Assembly: GCA_963727455.1 (NCBI GenBank)
Contig: CAVSGG010000011.1
Location: forward strand, 1-64,000
Direction of reading: 5' to 3'
DNA length: 64,000 bases
From: Candidatus Krumholzibacteriota bacterium
Lineage (GTDB): Bacteria; Krumholzibacteriota; Krumholzibacteriia; JAJRXK01
The number at the start of each line of letters is the position of its first letter. Position 1 is the first letter of the stretch. The position numbers were made by a program, and so were the translations under genes. Below are positions 39,393 through 49,470 of the stretch, piece by piece. The notes under the pieces were generated by a model, which saw nothing but the letters and a program-made list of their open reading frames with translations, searched no databases and was not told the DNA's origin.

Positions 39393-41126
39393 GTGTTCGC
39401 CAACCGGCCTGAGATGGATCTTCTCGCTGCGGAGATCTTCTGCCGCACCCTTCTTCGGCTCGGGGTGGATGTCGTCTTCGGACTGCCCGGTACGCAGAAC
39501 GAGGTGCTCTTCGAGGCCTTGGGCCGCTTGGGACCGAGGGTGGTGGTGCCAAGCCACGAGCTCGCCGCCTCTTTCGCGGTCAACGGGTACGCTAGAAGCA
39601 GCGGCCGGCCCGGCGTCCTTCTCACGATCTCAGGGCCCGGTTTCACCTACGCGCTCAGTGGCATCGCCGAAGCGGCTCTCGATTCGGCGGCAGTACTCCA
39701 CGTGGTGGTCTCCCGAACCAAGCTCAAGGACAGGAAGTTCCAGCTGCAGGACATCGATCAGAGAGCGATCGCGGCCCCTTTGGTGAAGCGAGTCTTCTGT
39801 GTGAGCGAAGCTAAGGAACTGCGCTCCACCCTCGAGGAAGCGTACTCGTACGCTCAGGAAGGCGAGCCCGGACCGGTTCTCTTGGAAATCGAATCGGATG
39901 TGCTGCGGAAGGAACTTTCTTGGCGAGATTCCCCCGCCGAGAACGAGGGCTCCACGGAGGAGGAGAGCTTCGGGGAGGAGTTGCGAGAGACCCTTGCCCG
40001 ACTTCGAGAGAATAAGAAGGTGCTGTTGCTCCTGGGTCAAGGAGCAGCGCAGGCCAATGAAGAGGCCAGGAGGCTGGCCGAGGGTCTACGAGCCGCCGTT
40101 CTCACCACGACCTCCGGACGCGGGATCCTCCCGGAGGACCATCCCCTTTCCCTGGGATTCGAATTCTCCGGCACGCGCGCGCAGGCGCGGAACGCCCTCC
40201 TGGAATGCGCCGATCTCGTTCTGACCGTCGGCTGCAAGTTCTCTCACAACTCCAGTCACGGATTCAAACTCGAGATTCCTCGGGAAAAACTGATTCAGGT
40301 CGATCGCTCCAGGGAAGTCCTCCAGGGAAACTACCCGGCGAGCCTCAGCGTATTGGCGGACGCTCGTGAGTTCCTTTCCGCCATTCTGCGCGAGAGCCGA
40401 GAGTTTTCAAACGAAGGTCGCGGCTGGTCGAGCCAGGAACTCGACGATTGGCGCAAACGGGGTCGTCAGTCCTCGTGGATCGAGCTTCCCGAACCCTCGA
40501 TCTTGGGCAAGGGGCCCGAGAAGTTCTTCAGTGCACTGCGCAACGTCATGCCGCGCGACGGCATCCTGGTCGCCGACTCGGGCCTTCACCAGCTCATGGC
40601 GCGCCGCTACTACAAGGTGTTCTGCCCGCACGGCCTGATGCTACCCACCGATTTTCAATCGATGGGCTTCGCCCTTCCCGCCGCGCTGGGCGTCAAGTTC
40701 GCCCACCCCGAACGCACCGTGGGCGCCATCGTCGGTGATGGCGGCATGGCAATGACCGGGCTCGAACTTCTCAGTGCCGTCAAGACGAAGCAACAATTCT
40801 GCGTCCTGGTGATCAACGATGGTTCCTACGGGCTCATCCGCCGCAGCCTCGAATCGGCCCACGGAAGCGCATACGGCACGGAACTGGTGAATCCGAACTT
40901 CGAGGATCTGGCCAAGGCCACCCACGCCAATTATCTGCTCTTGAATCGCAACGCCCAGGCCAGTCTTCGCCGCGCCTTCCAGCTACCTGGCGTCACCCTG
41001 GTGGAAGTCCCGGTCACTGATTCCAGGGAGATGATACTGGCCAAAGCCAAAGGCATGGTGAAGCGAGCCGCCGGACCGCGCGTGCTGAAGAAGCTCAAGG
41101 GACTGCTCGGTCGCGGAGAGAGCTAA
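39393..41126 (+). CDS. Thiamine pyrophosphate-dependent enzyme (acetolactate synthase-like family)
   Basis: VFGLPG, SHE, SGPG, GPV, SMGFALP and GDGG...NDGSYG. Confidence 0.85.
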   Translation: MFANRPEMDLLAAEIFCRTLLRLGVDVVFGLPGTQNEVLFEALGRLGPRVVVPSHELAASFAVNGYARSSGRPGVLLTISGPGFTYALSGIAEAALDSAAVLHVVVSRTKLKDRKFQLQDIDQRAIAAPLVKRVFCVSEAKELRSTLEEAYSYAQEGEPGPVLLEIESDVLRKELSWRDSPAENEGSTEEESFGEELRETLARLRENKKVLLLLGQGAAQANEEARRLAEGLRAAVLTTTSGRGILPEDHPLSLGFEFSGTRAQARNALLECADLVLTVGCKFSHNSSHGFKLEIPREKLIQVDRSREVLQGNYPASLSVLADAREFLSAILRESREFSNEGRGWSSQELDDWRKRGRQSSWIELPEPSILGKGPEKFFSALRNVMPRDGILVADSGLHQLMARRYYKVFCPHGLMLPTDFQSMGFALPAALGVKFAHPERTVGAIVGDGGMAMTGLELLSAVKTKQQFCVLVINDGSYGLIRRSLESAHGSAYGTELVNPNFEDLAKATHANYLLLNRNAQASLRRAFQLPGVTLVEVPVTDSREMILAKAKGMVKRAAGPRVLKKLKGLLGRGES

Positions 41127-42724
41127 CTACTCTTCTGGTGCGCTTCGACCTGGCGAATCTTCAAATAGAGCATCAGCGCCAGGAACACCATCACCGCAAT
41201 CGAAAATAGAAGCCCTTTGCGACGGAAGCGATACTCCTTCTCCGACTTGGTGATACCCGCATCTCCGGTCTCGATCGCCTTCAGACCGGCATCCGCAACT
41301 TCGTCGAAGTCGCTGCGATCGAAGGCATGCACCGCTGAGCGAGACTGACGCAGAGCATCGTTCAGCTCGGACAGGGAAGCGGCGAGCGCATCGACATCCA
41401 GTCCCTTTGCGGCGAGCGTATGCGTCATCTGCTCGAAATTCGCCTGGGCAGCTTCCATGGTAGTGATTCTCTCATGGAAGTGGGCCGCAGTGGCGTTGCA
41501 GATCGGGTTGTCCTTGGCGTATCTCGTGTGGCAATCGAAGCAAAGATGGCCCGGTTCGGTTATCAGCATCGTATCACTCGGCTTGGAAATGTCGTGCGTT
41601 CCGTGACATTTCGCACACTCGGGCCAACCATGCGTACTGAACACCTGCTTGTGCTTGCTACCATCGAAGAGCTTGCCGTTGCCACTGTGACAGGTTCGGC
41701 AAACCTCGCTCACCGAGGAGATCTGTGGCGGCATCGCGGCATGGTTTCCATGACAATCGTTGCAGGCCGGGGCCCCTTGGTCGCCATCCACGAGCAGAGC
41801 TTGACCATGCACGCTCTTGCGGTATTGCTTGAGCTGAGTGGTGGGCAAGGGACTTCCGTCCTCGGTCTTGTAACCCGCCATGTACTTGGCATCGGCGTGG
41901 CACTTTCCGCAGGTAGCCGGAATGTTGGATTTGAAGGTGGTTGACCGACGGCTATCCGAGCCCTGGATTCCGTGTACTCCGTGACAGCTCACGCACTGCG
42001 CCGCCTTGGAGTCCCCCTTGCCCAACAGAAGCTGGCCATGTTTGCTCTCGCGGTACTTGGCCAACTGGTCCGTCGGCAAGGATGGGTTGAAGCCTCGCAT
42101 GAAGGCCGGGTCGGAGTGGCATCGCCCACAAAATTGCGGGATCCAGGTCCGATCGACTTTCCGGCGTTCGCTGTCCGGCCAACGCTCGTATATATCGTCG
42201 GACATCTCGGTCTGGTCCGGGTGCCCGCCGTGACAGCCCGAGCACGAAAGTCCCTGCCGAAAATGAACGTCCGCGAGAAAATTCTGCAGAATGAGAGTGG
42301 TGCTGCCGCTGCCATCATCTCGAATGTGCCATAGCGTTTCCTCGGATTGCATGTCCTTGTCGGTATGGCAGAGTATGCAGTTGTCCTTCAGAACCAGTTC
42401 CATCTTGTCGGGCGAGAGCTTCAAAGACAGCAAGTCCCTGGCGTGCGCAGCCGAGGAAATGAGCCCCGCCTCCACCGCCTTGCTGAAGAGTTTGCGCGCA
42501 TGATCTGGCAGCTGGCCATAGTACTCTTGCAGTTCGGCTGGCACGACCGGCTTGCCTTCTTCGTTCGTTTCGAAGAATTCTCTCACCTGCGCGGAAAGCT
42601 CGACGGGCTCGCTTGCGTCGCCGTCTTGCGCGAGAGCAGGCGGAATCAAGTTCCACACCGGTGCCGTTGCGAGCAGCAGTAAGAGAAGACAAAGTCCCGC
42701 CGAAAGCGTGATTCGAGACTTCAT
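41123..42724 (-). CDS. Membrane-anchored multiheme cytochrome c (9 CxxCH)
   Basis: Signal peptide; CILCH, CSGCH, CGRCH, CVSCH, CGKCH, CNDCH, CRTCH, CAKCH and CFDCH; C-terminal helical region plus TM anchor. Confidence 0.9.
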   Translation of the reverse strand: MKSRITLSAGLCLLLLLLATAPVWNLIPPALAQDGDASEPVELSAQVREFFETNEEGKPVVPAELQEYYGQLPDHARKLFSKAVEAGLISSAAHARDLLSLKLSPDKMELVLKDNCILCHTDKDMQSEETLWHIRDDGSGSTTLILQNFLADVHFRQGLSCSGCHGGHPDQTEMSDDIYERWPDSERRKVDRTWIPQFCGRCHSDPAFMRGFNPSLPTDQLAKYRESKHGQLLLGKGDSKAAQCVSCHGVHGIQGSDSRRSTTFKSNIPATCGKCHADAKYMAGYKTEDGSPLPTTQLKQYRKSVHGQALLVDGDQGAPACNDCHGNHAAMPPQISSVSEVCRTCHSGNGKLFDGSKHKQVFSTHGWPECAKCHGTHDISKPSDTMLITEPGHLCFDCHTRYAKDNPICNATAAHFHERITTMEAAQANFEQMTHTLAAKGLDVDALAASLSELNDALRQSRSAVHAFDRSDFDEVADAGLKAIETGDAGITKSEKEYRFRRKGLLFSIAVMVFLALMLYLKIRQVEAHQKSS

Positions 42725-44109
42725 TGGCTCACCCTCCGCATCGTTCTCGCACTCGAACCCGTGACGAGGGTGAGTGCCCAAGCGATGACCACGACTACAG
42801 CGGCCGCGACCAGTGCGCGCAGATAGCTCATGCCCAGAAGGCCATGGAGCGCCACGTGTAGCGCGATACCGCCACTGAAGAGGAACCATCGATGCCGGTA
42901 AACGAGGAATCGGAAGACGGTGATGAGCGCGGCCAGTCCCAAAGTCCACCAAGCGCAGACGCGCGCGACCGCCCTCACGTCGACCTCAGCCCCGTGTCCG
43001 TGGCCGCCGATGTCCCAAGCTTTCAGAGTGAGGAAAACTACGAAGAGAATGGCGCCCACTCCGTAGTCGCTGAAACCAGGCGATGGCTTGTCCGCTCTCG
43101 CCTTGCGGTCGAGCCAGGGCACGAGCGCCCAACTGCCCATGAGGACAGAAACCATGAGGAGCGCGGCTTGCGGCCCTTCCATCACCCAGAGATGCGGCGG
43201 AAACTCTTTGAGCAGTTGATAGATCCACAGGAAGTACCATTCGGGCTTGATCCCCGGATAGGCAGGCTGAAGCGGGTTGGCCTTCAGCCCCAATTCCCAT
43301 TCGACACCAGGAACCCCCGGTCCGTAGGGAAGCATCACCGCCAGTATCATTAGCCCGATGAGACAGAGGAGCCACAAGAGCAAATCTCTGAGCAAGAAGT
43401 TAGGAAAGAACTTCATGCCCGGTCCCTTGGATTCATGAGTCAAGGGTGGTGCCATTCCCTGTCGCTGGATGAGTAAGAGATGAATGCTGATCAAAGCGAA
43501 GATGAGCAGCGGGAGTGCAACGACGTGTAGAGCAAAGAAGCGATACAGGGTATTGATGGACACATCGTGTCCTCCCCTCATCACTTGGAGCAGCCACTCT
43601 CCGATGCCCGGCACTGCCTTCACGGAATCGGTGCCCACGGAGGTTGCGAAGTAGGCCAACTCGTTCCATGGCAGAAGATAACCGGAGAACCCAAATCCCA
43701 AGCCAATGGCGAATAGCAGGAAGCCCGTGATCCAGGTGATCTCGCGCGGAGGGCGATAGGCCTTGAGCATCATCGTCGAGAACATGTGGACCGTCAGCGA
43801 GACGATCATCAGATGCGCACTCCAGCAGTGCACCGAACGGATGAGCCAACCAAAGGGCACCTTGGTGGTGATGAACCGAATGCTCTCGTAGGAACTTGCC
43901 TCGCCGGGTTTGTAATAGAGCAGAAGTAGCAATCCCGTGGCGATTTGAACGAGAAAGAAGAAGAGGGTAGTGCCGCCCAGGTAGTACCAGACCATTGGGT
44001 GGTCGCCCAGAGGCACCTCTTTGTGCTTGAGGAACTCCACCAGGTTGCCCAGGGAATAACGGCGATCGAGCCAACGATATACGGGGTTGGAAATGGCGGG
44101 TTGATTCAT
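42721..44109 (-). CDS. petB: Cytochrome b of a Rieske/cytochrome b complex (unsplit, extra C-terminal TMs)
   Basis: RSVHCWSAH...VH, GYLLPW, RFFALH-x14-H and KPEWY. Confidence 0.9.
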   Translation of the reverse strand: MNQPAISNPVYRWLDRRYSLGNLVEFLKHKEVPLGDHPMVWYYLGGTTLFFFLVQIATGLLLLLYYKPGEASSYESIRFITTKVPFGWLIRSVHCWSAHLMIVSLTVHMFSTMMLKAYRPPREITWITGFLLFAIGLGFGFSGYLLPWNELAYFATSVGTDSVKAVPGIGEWLLQVMRGGHDVSINTLYRFFALHVVALPLLIFALISIHLLLIQRQGMAPPLTHESKGPGMKFFPNFLLRDLLLWLLCLIGLMILAVMLPYGPGVPGVEWELGLKANPLQPAYPGIKPEWYFLWIYQLLKEFPPHLWVMEGPQAALLMVSVLMGSWALVPWLDRKARADKPSPGFSDYGVGAILFVVFLTLKAWDIGGHGHGAEVDVRAVARVCAWWTLGLAALITVFRFLVYRHRWFLFSGGIALHVALHGLLGMSYLRALVAAAVVVVIAWALTLVTGSSARTMRRVSQ

Positions 44110-44564
44110 GTCAACTTCCCATCGATGACGATGTCCTTACCCTCTTTATCCACTCGGAAGGCCTCGAGCGGCCGCGGTGGTGGGCCGGAGATCACACGCC
44201 CATCGACGTCGAAGCGCCCGTTGTGACACGCGCACCAGATCACGCCGTCCCCGGGCACGTACTGTACGGTGCAGCCCTCATGCGTGCACTTGGCGCTGAG
44301 ACAGCGCAGCTTCTGCGAGCTATCCTCGAAGACGAGCAAGCGGGTGGCGCCCGAGCGTACGATCACAAACTGGTCATGATCGAGTGTCGCGGTGTCCTGC
44401 GCGCTCAAATGAACGGGTCCGCTCGCCCCCTGCTGGGGCAGAGGTTTCAAGTAGCGGAAGATCGGTAAGATGGCGGCTGCGAGCGTACCCACGACCCCCA
44501 ACCCCAAGAGCCAATCCAAGAAACTGCGGCGGGAGACGAGATCTTCACTGGAAGGTTGCGTCAT
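44106..44564 (-). CDS. Rieske [2Fe-2S] subunit
   Basis: Tat motif SRRSFL, then CTHEGC and CACHNGRF, ending GPPPRPL. Confidence 0.92.
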   Translation of the reverse strand: MTQPSSEDLVSRRSFLDWLLGLGVVGTLAAAILPIFRYLKPLPQQGASGPVHLSAQDTATLDHDQFVIVRSGATRLLVFEDSSQKLRCLSAKCTHEGCTVQYVPGDGVIWCACHNGRFDVDGRVISGPPPRPLEAFRVDKEGKDIVIDGKLT

Positions 44565-44781
44565 GGAGCCCTTTCTGCCGATTCTGGCGCCACCGAGCCA
44601 CTGGCCCCTTCCCTTGCCCTCCTCGCGGTTTCCCTTGGCAAGCGGAAGATCCGGACGTACGCTCGTACCATACTGGATATTGGGCTCTTGAGCGTCTTTA
44701 CTCAAGGACTGATTGAGGACTCTAGGGGACCTCGCCGCAAGAGATTTCTTTCGGAGTGCTCCCGCAGCGAGGGACGACAGC

Positions 44782-46545
44782 GTGCCAGACGAAAGAATCC
44801 AGCGATTGGAGAGGGCTTTCGAAGCTCTGCGTCTGCGCGTGGAGGCTCTCGAGGAGGAGCTGCGCCACCGCGGGAAACGAGAAGCTCCTCGAGCCGAGCT
44901 CCCCCTGGCCCCAGCCGAGGCGGAATTCGCTCACGCGGGCGCCAGCGAACAGCCCAAGCGTAGCCTGCTGCCCCTCTTGGGTAGGACCCTCTTGGTTCTG
45001 GGAGGCGCCTTCTTTCTCAGAGCCGCCACTGACGCGGGTATCCTGCCGAGAACCGCGGGCGCCGCCCTGGGACTTGTCTATGGCCTGAGCTTCTTGCCGC
45101 TCGCGTACCGCGCCGCCAATCGAGAGGGCTTCGTTCGCAGCGCCCATTTTCACGCGCTGTCCTCGGCGCTGGTCGTCTTCCCATTGCTCTTCGAGGCGAC
45201 GGTTGAGCTGAAATACCTGGCGCCCTCGCTCAGCGCCGCAGCGCTCGGCGTATCCGTCGGCGCGGCGCTCTTCATCGCTTGGCGGAGAGGTCTGCACGGA
45301 ATGGCCTGGATCTTCGCCGGAGCGGGCGCTCCATTGGCTCTGGCCTTGGCCATGCTGACCAAACTATGGCTGCCCTATCTCGCCATCGCGCTGGCGATCT
45401 ACGGCTGCACTCTGCTCTTCGCCTACGCTCGAAAGTGGTTGTTCTTGGGAATCTCGGGCGCGGTCCTGGCGGACATGATGGTGTTGCTGCTCACCTCACT
45501 GTTCCTTTTGGCAAGCGAAGGCACTCCGTTGAGGGGCATGGACGTGAGAATCCTCGTGCTCCTGCAATACGCGTTGGTTGGTTTGTATCTGGGAACTTTC
45601 GCCCAGCGCACCCTGGTGGGCGGCCGAGCCATTCTTCCTTTGGAGATCGTTCAAACTGTCTTCGTGTTGATCGTGGGGATGGGCGGAGCGCTCGTTCTGG
45701 CCCGACACCATCAGCACCTGCGCTTGTTCATGGGAGGTACGGCGCTCTTGGGTGCCGCACTGAGCTATGCGGTCTCCTTCAGCTTCATCGACCGGCGACG
45801 GAATCGCCGCAGCAACTTCATCTTCTACACCAGCATCGCTCTGGTGTTCATGCTGGTGGCTTCCTTCACGCTCTTTGCTGGAGAACTGCGTAGCTGGATT
45901 CTCCTCGCTGACGCCTCTCTTACCGCGGCCTTCGCCCTGCAGAAACAGCGCACGACGCTGCTTCTGCACGCCGCGCTCTTCACCGGTGCGGCCGCGCTGA
46001 GTTCGGGATTGCTGCGGCTTTCTCTGGGCGCGCTCTTGGGTTGGGAATCGACGCTGGGAAATCACCACGCGCTGCCTCTGGCGGCGGTGATGCTGGCGGC
46101 GGCGGCGTGCTCGAGCCTGCGCGTGGCGGCCTTCCGCGGTACCTGGGGCCCGCTTGCGCGCGCTCCGCGAACCCTGTGCCTCGCGCTCTTGGTGCTGGGA
46201 ATCTGTGGAATCGGTACGCTCTTGGGGGACGCGATCTTTGCAGGCGATGCCACCCGCGCAAAAGATGCCGCGGCTGTGGCTTCCCTGCGAACGGGGCTGC
46301 TCGCGGTGGTGGCGGTGCTCCTGGCCTGGATTTCCCGCAAGCCGCGCTTCCACGAAGCACGTTGGCTGGTCTACCCGACTCTCGTCCTGGGGGGCGTGGA
46401 ACTGCTCCTCGGCGATCTCCGCCACGGTCGTTCCGCCACCATGTTCCTCTCACTGGTGATTTACGGCAGCGCGCTCATCCTCGCGCCCCGCCTCTTGAAG
46501 AAGCTGGGAAGCAAATCGCCATCCCCCACCATCCGCTCCAGCTGA
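44782..46545 (+). CDS. Large polytopic membrane protein, DUF2339-like
   Basis: N-terminal coiled coil (ERIQRLE...RVEALE), GRTLLVLGGAFFLR and many TM helices. Confidence 0.7.
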   Translation: MPDERIQRLERAFEALRLRVEALEEELRHRGKREAPRAELPLAPAEAEFAHAGASEQPKRSLLPLLGRTLLVLGGAFFLRAATDAGILPRTAGAALGLVYGLSFLPLAYRAANREGFVRSAHFHALSSALVVFPLLFEATVELKYLAPSLSAAALGVSVGAALFIAWRRGLHGMAWIFAGAGAPLALALAMLTKLWLPYLAIALAIYGCTLLFAYARKWLFLGISGAVLADMMVLLLTSLFLLASEGTPLRGMDVRILVLLQYALVGLYLGTFAQRTLVGGRAILPLEIVQTVFVLIVGMGGALVLARHHQHLRLFMGGTALLGAALSYAVSFSFIDRRRNRRSNFIFYTSIALVFMLVASFTLFAGELRSWILLADASLTAAFALQKQRTTLLLHAALFTGAAALSSGLLRLSLGALLGWESTLGNHHALPLAAVMLAAAACSSLRVAAFRGTWGPLARAPRTLCLALLVLGICGIGTLLGDAIFAGDATRAKDAAAVASLRTGLLAVVAVLLAWISRKPRFHEARWLVYPTLVLGGVELLLGDLRHGRSATMFLSLVIYGSALILAPRLLKKLGSKSPSPTIRSS

Positions 46546-46555
46546 GTACCGACCC

Positions 46556-48283
46556 TCATTCGTGGATGTGCAGCACCGCGTCCTCGCTCAGGGGCGAGTC
46601 GAAGTGCACTTTCTTCCCTCCGGTAACTGGATCGCCAGCGGAGCTCATGCCATCGAGTGGATCCAACCACTCCACCTGCAAGGTCAGATGTCCGGTTGCC
46701 GACAAGTCGACGGTGACGCTGCCGCCCGAGGGCAGGTAGACCACGTATACCGGTCCCTCCGAGGACGCTTTGGCCAGGCAGTAACCGGTGGAGGCGAGTT
46801 CACCGCTCGGCAACATCTGATTGAGAGGGAGACGGCGCGCAAGCGAGGAGACGTAACCCATGTTGGCCCGCAAACTCACCCAGGTGGGATCGTCGAAGTT
46901 GAAGCCCTCCCCACCTACTCCGTATCCCTCTCCATCGTAGCCGTCCATGAAGATCGGATTCCTGCCGCGCAGGAAAGACTTCCAGACCCACTTGCGGTCG
47001 CCACAGATCCCGCAGAGATGGTCCGTATCATCCAGAATGACCTTGCTGCCGTCGGCGGTGGTGGGGTCGTCGATGCTACCGTTGGGGGAAATCCAATCGG
47101 CCTCACTGGCAAAGAGCGCGCTGTTGTCGCCGTTGGGCCACTCCACCGTGACACCCACCGGATGCTGCTCCGGCAGGCCGGCTTCGTATTGCTTGATCAC
47201 TTCCACCATGTGATTCTGCCAGTCCATAGAACCGGAATCACTCTCGTTGCTGACCTCGTAGAGCACGTTGTCAAGATCGTTTACGGTGTCGATGACCTTC
47301 TTCACGTAAGCCTCTTGGATCGCGGTGACGGCGGTATTGGCTAGCTCGTGGGTCTCCTCCCCGCTGTCGTTTCCGTTCAAATCCCCGTCGATGCCGTTGA
47401 TGTTATTCGAGGCCTTGAAGGGATGTCCGTGCCAGGGATTGTTGTACGAGAAATTCCCTTTCGCATCGACCACGCTCCAGCCGTTGAAGAGCATGATCGA
47501 GACGTAGATGGCCTTCGTGCGCGCGATGAACACGCGCTGACGAAGTCGGTCGAAATAGCTCTGATCGAATTGGCTGAGATCGAACTTGGGTAGACCGTCG
47601 TCGGCCACGCCCGGGCCAGTGCGCATGAACGGCGTGGTGGGATGGAACCAGTACTGGTCATCTGCCGTCTCCAGGGTCCAGCGCGATTGCTCCCAGGTCC
47701 ACAGACGGAAGAAATTGTGTTTGTTCTGCAGCAGGAAATTGAGGTAGCTCGTGTAGTTGAATTCGGGTGGAGGATTGCCTCTCCCGGCATCCTGGAAATC
47801 GAGCCAGGTGTGCGAACCGGTCAAGAGCACGGGCCGGCCGCGCGAGTCCACGAAGTACCTCGGGTTCTGCGGGCTCACCTTGAGCGGCCCCATCCCCAAA
47901 ACGACGCGGTCCAAAACGCCGAAGCTCACCCCACCGACGATTCCACCGTCCTTCGCCCAGATGAAGGCCTCACCGGACCCGGCACCAGTCGCAGTGCCTT
48001 TGCTTCCTGCATCGTTACTGACGGTCGCGATCGAGAGGTCGGAGGAACTCCAGTCGACCTGAGCGGAGATGTCCTGCCGCGAGCCATCAGCGTAGAAGCC
48101 CGTGGCACTCAAACATTGGGTTTGACCGACGTCGACCTCGGCGTCCTGAGGAGTCACCACGATGGAGGTGAGGGAGTCGGTTCCGGGGAGCTTCTCGGCG
48201 CTGACACTGCCCTCTTCTCCTCCACACGCCATGAGGAAGGAGAGTATTCCGAGCAAGAGCAGAAGCGGGGACTTGATGCTCAT
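46556..48283 (-). CDS. Lipoprotein with Big_2 Ig-like domain and putative glycoside-hydrolase-like (DUF4038/DUF6298) domain
   Basis: Lipobox LMAC, SIVVTP...WSSSD Ig repeat, NPRYF, LTGSHTW, YEVSNE and a C-terminal EWLDP domain. Confidence 0.7.
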   Translation of the reverse strand: MSIKSPLLLLLGILSFLMACGGEEGSVSAEKLPGTDSLTSIVVTPQDAEVDVGQTQCLSATGFYADGSRQDISAQVDWSSSDLSIATVSNDAGSKGTATGAGSGEAFIWAKDGGIVGGVSFGVLDRVVLGMGPLKVSPQNPRYFVDSRGRPVLLTGSHTWLDFQDAGRGNPPPEFNYTSYLNFLLQNKHNFFRLWTWEQSRWTLETADDQYWFHPTTPFMRTGPGVADDGLPKFDLSQFDQSYFDRLRQRVFIARTKAIYVSIMLFNGWSVVDAKGNFSYNNPWHGHPFKASNNINGIDGDLNGNDSGEETHELANTAVTAIQEAYVKKVIDTVNDLDNVLYEVSNESDSGSMDWQNHMVEVIKQYEAGLPEQHPVGVTVEWPNGDNSALFASEADWISPNGSIDDPTTADGSKVILDDTDHLCGICGDRKWVWKSFLRGRNPIFMDGYDGEGYGVGGEGFNFDDPTWVSLRANMGYVSSLARRLPLNQMLPSGELASTGYCLAKASSEGPVYVVYLPSGGSVTVDLSATGHLTLQVEWLDPLDGMSSAGDPVTGGKKVHFDSPLSEDAVLHIHE

Positions 48284-48462
48284 GGCTTGCACCTGATGAT
48301 GGAATGTGGGGGATCGGGCGGAATTGCCTCGGTCTAGGACTACCGACGGGGGCCCCAGGGAGACCCTCGAGGGGTTCCAGGAGGCGCCCCGGATCCCCAA
48401 CAGTCTATCATACCGGGGACGAGCCCGCACTTCGGGCCCGTTTCCCGCGTTTCAGGGGCAGC

Positions 48463-49470
48463 TCAGACCCACTCGTTGGTGTACTTCGTGAGCGCTTTCA
48501 TGTAGTTCCCGCGCTCGAAGGCCTCGGGGTTGGGACAATTTGCCTGGCTGAACGAGCCCTTCAGCTGCTCCACGCTCGCGTACTCCTTCTCCTCCATCCA
48601 GGCGTCCAAGCCGCGCAGAATCTCGCTCACGTGACCAGGACCCTTGCGCAGGAGGACGCTGGCCAGGGCGGCGGCGTCGGCACCGACCAAGAGCATGCGC
48701 GCGAGATCGAGGTGATCGTGCACCCCGCTGGTGGCACACAAACTCAAACCCACCTGGTCCTTGAGAATCGCGATCCAGCGCAGGGCCAAGAGCATTTCTT
48801 CTCGACTGCTCAAGACCAGATGCGGCACGACTTGCATCTCGAGCAGATCGAGATCGGGTTGTAAGTAGCGGTTGAAGAGCACCAGCCCGTCGGCACCGGC
48901 AAAGTCGAGACGGGAAGCCATGTGCGGCAGACTGGAAAAGTAGGGTCCCAGCTTCACCGCGAGAGGAAGCTGCGTTCCCTTGCGCACCTGTTCGACCAGC
49001 TGAATGATGCGTCGCTCGACGTCCTCTCCCGTCGTCTCGGGATCCGCAGGCACGTAGTATACGTTGAGCTCCAAGGCGTCGGCTCCCGCCTCCTCCATCA
49101 TCGTGGAGTAGCGGGACCAGCCACCGGGCGAATGACCGTTCAGGCTGGCGATGACCGGCACGGAGAGGCTCGCTTTCGCGGCACGAATGTGCTCCAGGTA
49201 TTCCTGCGGTCCCCTTTTGTAGTCGGTCAGCTCGGGAAAGTAGCCCGTGACTTCCGGAGAGTTTTCCGAACCGTAGTGATACAGTCTCTGTTCCTCGATC
49301 TCCTCGTGTTCGACCTGCTCCTCGAAGAGACTGGGAAGAACGACTCCTCCCACTCCGGCGTCCTCGAGACGCTTCAGCGAATCGAGCTCACCGGTGAGCG
49401 GAGAAGACGAAGCCAAGAGCGGATTCTTCAGACTCAGGCCCAGATAGTCGCTGGTCAAATTCGACTTCAT
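48463..49470 (-). CDS. Dihydroorotate dehydrogenase-like flavoprotein (PFOR-associated type)
   Basis: YLGLSLKNPL, PSLFEEQ, PVIASLN, ELN, VKL and FERGNY. Overlaps the PFOR stop. Confidence 0.85.
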   Translation of the reverse strand: MKSNLTSDYLGLSLKNPLLASSSPLTGELDSLKRLEDAGVGGVVLPSLFEEQVEHEEIEEQRLYHYGSENSPEVTGYFPELTDYKRGPQEYLEHIRAAKASLSVPVIASLNGHSPGGWSRYSTMMEEAGADALELNVYYVPADPETTGEDVERRIIQLVEQVRKGTQLPLAVKLGPYFSSLPHMASRLDFAGADGLVLFNRYLQPDLDLLEMQVVPHLVLSSREEMLLALRWIAILKDQVGLSLCATSGVHDHLDLARMLLVGADAAALASVLLRKGPGHVSEILRGLDAWMEEKEYASVEQLKGSFSQANCPNPEAFERGNYMKALTKYTNEWV

